Source: Paraspadella gotoi
Taxonomy: Eukaryota; Animalia; Chaetognatha
Length of the DNA: 64,000 bases
Reading direction: 5' to 3'
Assembly (NCBI GenBank): GCA_051294375.1
Contig: CM119269.1
Span: 21,065,665 to 21,129,664 of the forward strand
Both the position numbers and the translations under genes were made by a program. The notes under the pieces were generated by a model that worked only from the letters and a program-made list of their open reading frames with translations, did no database searches and was not told the DNA's origin. Shown piece by piece: positions 40,954 to 57,200 of this stretch. Positions within the stretch are counted from its first letter, which is position 1, and every line of letters begins with the position of its first letter.

Positions 40954-41400
40954 AAGAGAGAGAGAATGTTTTTTTTCTCTCTTCGAATCCATTTTTCAAT
41001 CGCGATGTTTTATTTTTCCGTAACCCGTAACCTTATCTAGAGAACTGATTCATTTTTCAAATCCAATTTACGAAATTTTACGAGACTAAGATAGGATGAT
41101 TATTTTATAAGTAATCTTTTAAAATTTGGGAAAATAAGAAGTATAAAGCCTTTATTAAAGGAACGTAGAACACAAACATTTAGTCTGAAAAAGTCGCCAA
41201 TATAAAAGAGAAAAATCAAGGATGAAATTCAAAGACAAAAACTGTACACGAAAGATCGAAATTTTGTCATTCTCATATATTAATTCTTTTCTTGTATCTA
41301 AAAAACTAAATTCACTTCGAGAAAATAGTATAAAATAATAAATGAAAGAATGAGAAAAAGAAAGAAAGAAAGAAAAGAAAGAAAGAAAAGAAAGAAAGAA
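39371..41400 (-). repeat. Near-identical second copy of 37213-39345 including the Cav1 first coding exon (likely assembly duplication)
   Basis: The two copies match base for base apart from scattered 1-nt indels and abut a 25-N gap (39346-39370). Copy 2 has the correct exon end (IIGLELFSG|gtgag at ~39512) but internal frameshifts; copy 1 is in frame but garbled at its 3' end. Confidence 0.85.
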
Positions 41401-42037
41401 AGAAAGAAGAAAGAAAGAAAGAAAAGAAGAAAGAAAGAAAGAAAGAAAAAAAAAGGGGAAAAAAAAAGACTTGCATCTCACCGGCCCGGGTGAACGGTCG
41501 CTCCCTCTTCTCTGCTTAATTGTTTTTTATGCGATCGGTAACAATCACAATTCTCCCTCACAGATTTTTTTTTTTTAATTTTTTTTTGTTGACGGCGGGG
41601 GGTATGTTATTTTCATCATTTTCAAATCTCAACGGCGAGTTAAGATAAAATATGTTCGTAATTTCGTACAAATAGAATGTTTCATTGGTCTCGAGTCGTG
41701 TAGCCCAGTATATATCAAACTTTACGAGAATTAAATCAAGAATTTTGAAAACAAATGTCGTACGCAGAAGTAGAATTAAAATAAACGACCTAAAATAGGC
41801 TAAATATAAATAGAGCAACGACCGCTTTAAAATAATCAAGAACGGTATTGTCGTAAAAAAAAGAAGAAAGTAACAAAAGGGCGTCGAATTCCCCCAGTTA
41901 TCAATGCACCCGCGCGCGCGGTTTTTCGTACGTTCATCCGTGCGTCGAGAGAATTCAACGTTGGCGTCCCAAACCCGTAAATTAAACTTAAAACGGTTTT
42001 TGTTATCTTTTTGGGGAAAAAGCAAAGCCTGGCGAAT

Positions 42038-42153
<116 letters not shown>

Positions 42154-42560
42154 CTCCCACTATTGACGGCAGCGCGTCGACGACCGCAGACGATGAGCGC
42201 GTGCTTGGGAGAGACGCGCCCGAGGCGGACTGCGTGCGCGGGCTACGTGCATCGAAATCCGCGTGCACGCCTGGAGCAGAAGAAATACTGGGATTCTGAC
42301 TAAGAATGGAAATCCTGGACAGATGACACCGTGGTCACAATGGACAGTAGACAGCTGGACTAATAGGACTCATTGTGTGATTTTTTTTTAAATTAAGTTT
42401 GGTTAAACATACAAATGGCAACAATTTTAAAATTTATTTGCACCAATAAACATTTAAACGTATTATATCGACAAAGAGAAAGATAAAAAATAAAGACAAA
42501 TAAAAAAAAAGAGATGACGAATACGAATACAAATCCTTTGGTTGCCAATTCAGTCTTGAA

Positions 42561-44418
42561 TTAATTTGCCGAAGTTAAAGTTATCAAAAGTCGACTCAAT
42601 CCACCGACGCAAACCTAGAAATAAAAATAGCCTCAGAGCTTCGATAGTTTAGTAGTTTTTATATTAAATCATAAACTTACATCGACGATCTTGCAAATGT
42701 TTTCACACGTAAACATCGCTTTTAGCAGAGGATCGGTTATTTTCTGTAAAAAAAAAAAGAGCAAAATACCATGTTTCATGACAACATATTCTTAATTCAT
42801 TAGAATATAAACAAGTTTGAGAAAACAATTCCGGATCTGCCCAAGATCATTAGCGGTAAGCTGCTAATTAGATAATTAATTAATTAAAAAATTAAGTAAT
42901 TAATATAATCAATTAAAAAGAATAGTGAAATTGATTGACTTACCGACAATATTTTGGGGTGGGACCGACGGACCGACAAAGTGAATTAGACATAGATTAA
43001 AAGAACTATAAAATTTGACTGAAAGAGTTAATTTCGTTTCCTCAAAAAATGTATGCCAAGAAAAAAATTTAGTTCGTTTTTATTGAAAAAAATAAAGCAG
43101 AAATATTGCAAAAAAAAAAAATAAATAAAAAATAGTGGAGCAGGTTTGGAATACCATTTGACCTCCCTATGTAACCCGCTAACCCGAATTCCCAAGACAC
43201 CACGACCCGAGGTCAGTACATTCCATGGTGCCCTTCAATCATGGAATGCGGCATACAACGTTTTTGGATGTAACTCTTTGTTGTACACTTCGGATGTCAT
43301 TTTTCATTTTTTGCGCACCGCTTTCCCCAATTTGACTTAGATGTTAGAATGGGTCGATGGCGGATATCCTGCAGATGACATTCACAGAATATCTGAACTT
43401 GGAAATATCCCTCCGTCCTGCAACTCACTCTCCCTTATGGCTGNNNNNNNNNNNNNNNNNNNNNNNNNNNNNNNNNNNNNNNNNNNNNNNNNNNNNNNNN
43501 NNNNNNNNNNNNNNNNNNNNNNNNNNNNNNNNNNNNNNNNNNNNNNNNNNNNNTTATTAAAATTGAATAACTTCGAAAAAGGTTGGATTAAAAGATTTCA
43601 CGCTTACATTCTCGAAAATTGTGTATGGAATTGGTACAACCAATATAAAAATTATCCATTCATTTAATAAATAAGCTATCTTGTCCCTGACTTTGGACAG
43701 GCTTTAGTGATTTAAGTCCTCCATCACACTTACAAGATAATGCATAGCAGGTTTCTGCAAGCTTTCAATCAAGACTCTCTCGAGTATTGTTCACTCCTAG
43801 TGAACTTGGCTTCCTCATCAATGAAGTGGGTAAAATATTTCAAAGAATGTTTCAATTATATGAGAGTGAGTGAATAAGAAAGCAGATTGTGAAAACCCAT
43901 TTTGGTGGTTTTTTTCCTAAATAAAATAGATACAACTAATAATTAAATTCATTTATATAATGAATTAGCTATCTTGTTCCTGGACATGCGCTGACGGACG
44001 GACGGACGGACATCATTTTTTTAATAATTTAATAATAGTTCGATGTTTGACATTATTGAGGGGCGCACCGATGGACCGATAAAGTGGATTATAGAGTCGG
44101 AATCTGCTGATAAGCAGATCCGACTAAAAAACTACGCGCAAAACTTCAGACTACGGCATCGTGCAAACAAGCTATATGAAATTGATTTACCGAGCTCATA
44201 GCAGTGCACTGTGTTTGGCAAAAGGATTTCATGATAGGAGCTATGAGGGCGCTGAGGTCTGCCTGACGAGCGACTCGGACACTCGATGTTCTCTCTCTAT
44301 CATAGGCATCTCTCTCGAAAAATTCGGATAGGAGGCACTTATCGCCCCCGAGATGACCTGTCAAAGAAATGAAGAGAAACTACCTGTGAAAAGTATTTAA
44401 TACGTATGAGGTGTGAGT

Positions 44419-44499
<81 letters not shown>

Positions 44500-44572
44500 T
44501 ATTTTGAAAATTTAATAAGCATCATAGACTAACCTGAGAAAGGACGAGGCTAAAAATAACGATAGAAATCAT
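42561..44572 (-). CDS. Candidate small secreted Cys-containing prepropeptide (4 exons), unknown family
   Basis: Exons 44572-44534, 44357-44191, 42743-42681 and 42614-42561 have canonical GT/AG ends. Signal-like MISIVIFSLVLSQ|VISGAISA; after one frameshift RVAR-QADLSALIAPIMKSFCQTQCTAMSS|KITDPLLKAMFTCENICKIVD|VCVGG... Confidence 0.5.
43340..43860 (+). mobile_element. CR1/L2-like LINE remnant with 3' tail, split by an N gap
   Basis: EWVDGGYPAD (cf. VD.G..VDVIYLDF), CNSL (cf. WNSLP) and LNNFEK-RLD (cf. LN.FK.RLD, needs +1 nt), followed directly by the dispersed repeat family sequence. Confidence 0.45.
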
Positions 44573-45088
44573 TTTAGATTTTTTGGGTGAAGTGAAATGG
44601 TATTTGAGGAAAAATCGCTCGATGAGGAATTGCGGTTTTTTTTTTTGGTAAATAAAAAAACAGATTCGTGAAAGAAAGGTAAGCGACTCATTTACATAAA
44701 AAGATAATGATTAACTTGCAAATGTCGTTTCGAAACAATGGCTAGATTCTTACAAGGTGAATGATAGTCGAGAAAGAAAGGATCATTGTCTCATCAGGCC
44801 TACGAAAAAATAAAACGCTCACAAACAGGACACGTTTGAGGAATAGTAAAATCGGGAAAACTAGAAACAAAAAAGCTATCTATAAATAAAGTAAACTGCG
44901 ACATTCTAAAACGCTTAAAAAAACCATGACAAACTGCATTTTAACCTGTAACTAACAAAGCATTTATTCCGTCCATTATTCTATTTAACTTAACGAAGTT
45001 TTTACATTTGTAATGCAAAGGTGAAGATCAAAATGAAAGAAAGATAATAATAGAAAAGAAAGACATTCTAATTGATTCATCTTCTGTC

Positions 45089-50197
<5,109 letters not shown>

Positions 50198-50929
50198 GTC
50201 GACGTTTGTAAATTCGGTGAATGAGTTATGTTTATAATTACGTATAAAGATTTAATGGCCGAGTGACGAAAATCGAGTGTTTTGAATAAATCAATTTATA
50301 GTTGTCCACGAGATTTACAAAGAATGTTTGGCTCGTTTTCCCGGATCTTTTTTCTATCGAAAAAAAATATTTTTTTTCGGTTTTACAAATGAAATTTTTT
50401 ATCATTTTGTACTTGAGCAATTGATTGTTCAAAGGTTATATAGAAGTAAATTAAAGTAGTAAGAAAAAGAGTGAGAAAAAAGTAAGTTCTTAAATCGTAG
50501 TCGGATAAAACAAAAAAATTGAGGCGTTTTTAAAATAAGCCTCTTACTCAGCGCTGATGTTGATAAACTCGTGGCGTTGTGATTTAATTCTTTTTTTTTT
50601 CGTTATCATTTATCACAATTCGGGCGCTGGCACTAAATAAAAAAAAAAATATCAGGAAAGAAAGAGAAGCAGAAAGTTGATGTACATGTAATAAAATGTG
50701 TCAGTGAGAAACAATCACGCGTTTTCGTCGTAAATAAAATGAAAAATTCATCATAAAAATTGTAAAAGAAAAAATCCAAAACAAAAAAGAAACGATGGTG
50801 CGAGAAAAAAAAAACTGTCATCGACGTTTATCGCGAGAATTTCAGAACGAAAATAGATTTTCGTAACAGAAAAAGAAAAGGGGAAAAAAGGAAAGCCTGG
50901 AATATTTTTTTTAATTTTTAGTCGGATCA

Positions 50930-52300
50930 TGTTATCAGTCCGCCCCCTCAATATTGTCGGGCAGTCACTTATATCATATCAGAACATCGAATTATGATAA
51001 ATTATGCAAAAAAAATTATGTCCGTCCGTCCGTCCGACCCACCTTAGCAAAAAACACCATTACTCGTGATTGGACGGATGGATTTGAATAAAATTTTGTG
51101 TGTGGATAGGTAAGTGTGTGATTGAGCTGGATATGAAGTTTCGATGGAATCGTCCGAGTGGAAATGAGTTTAAATGGAAAAAAACAAAAAATATAATTCA
51201 CTATTTGAAACCCAATTGCTCATGAGTGGATGGGCTGATTGACCTGGAATTTTGTATGTGGGTAGGAAAATGTGTGATTTTAACAGGAAATCAAGTTTCG
51301 ATGGAATAGTTTGAGTGGAAATGAGTTTAAATGGAAAAAAACAAAAACCTGTTTCACTAATTGATTATGTTTTTTTTCCTTTTATATTAAATGTATATGC
51401 AGGATGTATTAATAAATCAAATAATTAATCAGTTAATTAATCAATTAGTAAATAAATTAATCAATAATTAATTAATTAGTCAATCAATCCATCCATCCGT
51501 CCCACTTAGCAAAAAGCAACAATAACTGGTGATTGGCTGGTTGGATTGGAATTAAATTTTGTGCGTGGGTAGGAAAGTGTGTGATGGAATCGTGTAAGTG
51601 GAAATTATTTTAAATGGAAAAAACATAAGTCGCATTTACTAAAATCTTTTTACTTATTTTAACCAATAAATACGCTAATTAATCATAATTGGATGGATAG
51701 ATTGAGTTGAAATTTTGTTGTGTGGGTAGGAAAATGTGTGACGAAGCTTGATATAAAGTTTCGGTAGAAACATACTAGTGGAAATGAGGTTAAATGAAAA
51801 AAATATGAGTCACATTTACTTGAATCTTTTATTTATTTTAACCATGATCGATTGAGATGAAATTTTGTGAGCGGTAGGAAAGTGAGTGAAGAAGCTAGAT
51901 ATAAAGTTTGGACGGAATGCAAGTTGAAAAAATGATGCAAGTTGAAAAAATGATGCAAGTTAAAAAAATCTTAAAAGCATAAGGATCGTCGTAATTGCAT
52001 AAAAAGAGGAGAGAGAGAGAAAGAGTGAGAGAGAGAGAGAGAGAGAGTGAGAGAGAAAGAGAGAGAGAGTGAGAGAGAGAGTGAGAGAAGGAGACATAAA
52101 ATAAAATAGAGGATATTTGTTTGTTTTGATAAAATGTAAACAAAACATTTAATAACTGTCCTGACTCAATTTTAAGGACATCATGATGACAAGCTGAATA
52201 TAAATTATAATTAATTATTAAAATTAATTAATTAATTAATCGATTAATTAATTAATTAATTATCGTAGCAGATCCCGACATTGTTTGCTCAAACTTGTTT
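50930..52300 (+). mobile_element. HINE/Helentron-like element copy
   Basis: Same (GTCC)n tract, internal ~135-bp tandem units (GGGTAGGAAAGTGTGTG..AAGTTTCGATGGAATCG..GAGTGGAAATGAG) and 3' end GCAGATCCCGACATTGTTTGCTCAAACTTGTT as 16671-18161. Confidence 0.65.
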
Positions 52301-54206
52301 TTTTAAATCCGGCTTAAAGATAGATTGTTAGCTGTTTGAGGAGACGAGGAATTCAGTGGAAACAAGTTGCTTCGTGATGAGACGAGGCGGGAGTGTTATA
52401 GTGTCCGTACGAGGATTTGAAGTGTGCCTTAACGAAATATGTCACTTGGAGACAAAGGGTGATATTGTTTTGCCGGTCGACAGATTTATTGGGCGCTCAA
52501 AAAAAAAATCCGATTTTGGTGAGTTGAAGTTTAATTGTAAAAAAAAATCTTTGTTTTATACTTAGCAATTAAAGACATAATCCTTAAAACTTTTAAGATT
52601 AAAAGTATTATTTTTAGTAAACGCTCTCCGGATTGAAGGATATAGTAAATAGTCGTTAAAAAGTCGTTCCGGTCGGTAACTGGAATAAAAGGCAGAAACA
52701 GGTTCCCTCGGGCACAAAGAGCCGATTATTTATCAGAGATTTTTCTCATATACGTAGAATAACTAGTTTACAAGTTAAAAAAGCGTAATAACTCAATCTC
52801 ATTGATTCGAGAAAAAAAATTACCATCGAAGAGACAATTTAATTGAAAATTATTTTTCAATTTAATCGAATTTCAGCTTGAAAAAAGTATATAATGGTGA
52901 GTTGGCAACATTACCAGCGAAAAGGCAGATTTGATTTTATAGCTGCTCTGTAGTTTACTGTAATAAAAGAAAAAGAACGAAAACATTTCCGGTTAAAGAG
53001 TTATTCTAGAAAAATTTGATACTTCAAGAACCCTGAATTATAAAAGTCAAAAAGATTCGAATTTATAGTTTCGGTTTTCATAAAATTTATGTCTTCATCG
53101 ATTCTTTTTTTTTTTTTTTTGGTTCCACCTCGCCAAGTTGTAAAAGTTGATCGAGTTGGTGAGCAAACAGTCGCCCTCGACAGTAATCTCCAATCTAAGC
53201 AATGAATCTCTCTCTCTCTCTTTCTCTCCCTCTCTCTCTCTTTCTCTTCTTTTCTCTTATTCTATTAATTTAAAGTTTAGTTGGCACACAAGCCTTCGTA
53301 CGATTATATTGTGTCATATTATATATTTAGGAAGTTTTTGTAACCTTAAGGGCTTGGCAGCGACGGAATATTTCTAACTGTAGGTCACTTGTTCCTAATA
53401 TATATAAGTGTAATCAGAATATCAGTGCATATTCGGACAAGGCAACTGACTGATAAACTCTATATTCTTCGTACTGGCTTTGTCTTCGCTTCGTCTAGTC
53501 TTCAATAACACAATGTTTCGCAGAGTGGTTTTCTTTACCATGTTCTGTTAAAAACAAGTGCTTTCATTACTGATTAATGTTTTTCATTGCAACACAGAAA
53601 CCTTGTTGACTTTCGATTTCAAACTGAATATCTCCTTTAATGCTCAAGGCTTGGTAAAAGATTTCCTGAGTTTTTTTCTTGACTTATAAACCTTTTGACT
53701 GGGAGCAGAATCGCGCGAAAAAAGTTCTTTTCCTCGATCATAGCGCTATTCACAGGAAAAATAGTAAAAATTGAAACAAAAGATTTAGTTAACACGGGCT
53801 GAAGATTTAAAATCACGTGCTAATTAAGTTTTAACTTAACTTAAAAAGTTAATACCAGTGAAGATTATTAAATAAATAACTTTTTGTGCCATACTTGTAT
53901 GGCACTATGTGATTATGGGGTGCCCCCTAATTTCTATTCCTACGGATGTTATTACAACGGCACAAGATCACGAGAAAAGCGTGAATGTTATTTCCATGAA
54001 AGAGCTTTTTCGATTAAATAGTAAAAGTTGTCAAAATAATACGTAACGCCTTACGCAAGTAAAAGCTTCGGGATGGATTCCATAATAGGTATTAGGTAGC
54101 TTATAAAATTATGTACATATCAAACACAGAGTGCTTATATGGTTTCTGATAATTGCAAACGATACAAGGTTATTCATCGCAAATTCGGAATCGGTTTCGA
54201 TTTTCT

Positions 54207-57200
54207 TCAATACTTCGTCATCATCGTCTTGACTATCGTGTCGGAATTCCCAAACGCCATCTCCTCTTCTTCGTCCTCTCCGTATCGATACTGTCGCCAG
54301 TTTTCCAGGATATGAATCCCGCTGTAGATTTTCCCCACGGTCAACTGCCCCGGCTCCACCGTCGGCACCAAGACCTCCATGTTGTTTTTCGCCTGGTGCG
54401 GCCAAATCTGCCGCAGGAGGGCGCGCAGTTCCTCGTCCTTGGCGGCTTTGCTGAATGGGCGTGGCCCGCCTCTTCCGGGGTCGAAGGGAGAAAAGACGTC
54501 GTCGTCGTCGGCCAACATTTTGACGTTGAGGGATTCGCGGATGATGGCGAGGAGCGTCGTTCGGAAGTGGACGGTGTGGTCCGAGTCGACGGGCATGTCC
54601 ATCCTGGAGACAAATTTTGTGGCTGGACTGGTTTAGGAAGATATCGCACCGCATACAAACATCATTGGATTTTCTATTACTTTTTTAAAACGGGTTTCAT
54701 GAAATTTGGTACAACCAATATAAAAATTATCCATTCATTAAATAAATGAGCTATCTTGCCCCTTTGGACAGACTTTGGTGGTTTAAGGCCTCCATCACTC
54801 TTACGAGATAATAACATGACAAGACCCTACAAGCTGTTCGTGATCTTAACGAGTTAAATAATTACTCAATTAATAATTCTTTACAGCACACGCTGCAGTC
54901 GGCTACCTCACGAGACGCTTGAAGACAATCTTCTTCTGACAGTGCTTCCCGAATCCTAGAGGAGGCTCCAAATTCATCATTAGCTCTGCGATACGACGGT
55001 AGTGGAGACGCCCAGTTGCCTGTAATCAATCGATCGATCAATCACTCCCAAAAATATTAATTATTATTATAATTGATATTATGGCAACGGGGGGGACATG
55101 TGTGATGCCTGGGGTTTGTCTCATGCTTATAAGTGGGGGTGAACTTATTGCAATGCCCGACTCCAAGAAGAGACCGAGACACCTGCGGGTCAGCCTCGCT
55201 CCAAGCTCGGACGAACTCGTCGAGGTGGTGTGGCCCTAGGATCGCCGAGTCCCTCGTCAGATACTCGAAGTTGTCCATGATGACGGCGACGAAGAGATTA
55301 AGGAAGAGGAACATCGCGAGGAAAACGAAGGACGTGAAGTAGATGTAGGCGAAAGCGGAACCTTTAGGAGGCGACGCGGCCGACAGCATGATGAGGTGCC
55401 AGGACTCTCCGGTGCTACGAATGAGGGCCCGGTCTCACTTTTTAACTATTCCTAATTTCTGAGAAATGAAATCGAGAAATTCCCCACCTGCATCGAAACA
55501 GCAGGAGCATGGAGGAAAAAAAGCTGTTGAAGTTGGTGTGGTCGTCGATCGCTGGTGGAACGTCGGGGAGGATGGCGCCGAACATCTGCATCCCGACGAC
55601 GGCGAAGGCGTAGAAGAGGAAGAAGATGAGGAGAAGGACGTAAGGAAGGGAGCGGAAGGACTGCACGAAGGTCCACAGCAGAGTTCGGATGCTGTTAAAT
55701 ATACGGGAGATAATTGCCCGACCGCTTTGGCCCGTCTCGGCCAAACATCGCGATCGATCCAACATCTTACCTATTCCCCTGGCGGAGCAGCTTGACCAAT
55801 CTGGCTGCTCTGAAGAGTCGCAAAAATCCCAACTCAACTTTGGATCCGAGAGAAGATTGAAGTTCGGAAAAGAGGAGACTGAGAATCGAACCCAGGACGG
55901 TAATGAAGTCCCAACAGTTCCAGCCGTCGGCGAAGTATCTGGAAAACGTATTATCGCATTGTATTAATCTGATTAAAAAGCTTTCTTCGGCAAAAATTGT
56001 AAACCCCTCTTCAAATTTTGGATTAATTTTTTAAAAAATTTTTTAGAAAGTTTGATTTTAGTTTTGAACAACGATTTTATTATTATCAATGGACAATTGG
56101 ACATGCATCGACTTTGATGCAAGTCTTCATCAGCACTAATTCTTAAAATCTACCTTTAAATTAAAGATCAGTTTTTTCAAAACAAACTCTCTTTCACCGA
56201 CTTTTTTAAGGTGACTGACCTTGACCCGAAAAAAAAATCCTGCCTTCACAATACTTAATGCTCAGTAAGCTTACCCTTTAATCCCGAAAGCGCTCAGCTT
56301 GAGAATGGCCTCCAAGAGAAAGACGACGGTAAAGAAGACGTTGATGTACTTGAGAGTGGAAACGTAAACGTGAGGCGGACGATAAAACTCCATCGACATG
56401 ACGAACGTGTTGGCGGCGATCATGATCAAAATGAAATACTCGAAGGCATTCGTCGTGACCTTGGGAGGTAATTGGGAGAGATTGTTGTGTGATGATTAAA
56501 AAATAAAAAAAAACAAAAAAACATTACATTTTTACAATTATATTACTCCACCTGCTTCCATATCCAGTATCTCATCGACTTTGAATCTTCCAGAATAAAC
56601 TTCTTCACCATCTTGGCGGAGACTCCAAACTCGATGCAGCTTTTCTGTTGTGGGAATCAAACGGCATAGGGCATCAAAGAATGGCATAGGGCATCAAAGA
56701 ATGGCATCAGGCGCCAAAATGGCATCAGGCGCCAAAATTCGCATCGAAACCTGATTCTTATCCAGTTCGCCTCCGGCCGCCTCCTCCAACTCGGAATCTT
56801 GGAAAGTGATGATGATGAGAGCGACGAAGACGTTGACGAAGAAGAAGGGAAGGATGACGAAGAATGCGACGAAGTACAGGGCCACCGACTTGCGAAAGTC
56901 TATGATCGGGCCTTTGCCCACGTGGGTAGCGTCTTTCGCAACCTGATAAATGCCTAGCGAAAGGAAAATTCAAAAGTGAGGATATTTCGAGCAATGAGAA
57001 AACCACCGATTCTGCTGCTTTAGATGCTCTTTTGTTTCATCATACCTGTTAAAAATTTTGACGATCATTTGAGAAAATAATCATTTCGATTATAGAAGTT
57101 TTAGGAAACAGATTTTGCGTTTAAATCGCAAAGTAATAAACGGATTTAAAGAGACCATTGCTCACCCGGCCATCCTTCGCCCGTCGAGACCACGAAAAGG

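Noticed and set aside
56660-56735. Short 18-20-bp direct repeats suggestive of a CRISPR-like array
   Set aside because: Head-to-tail repeats without unique spacers inside a eukaryotic intron.
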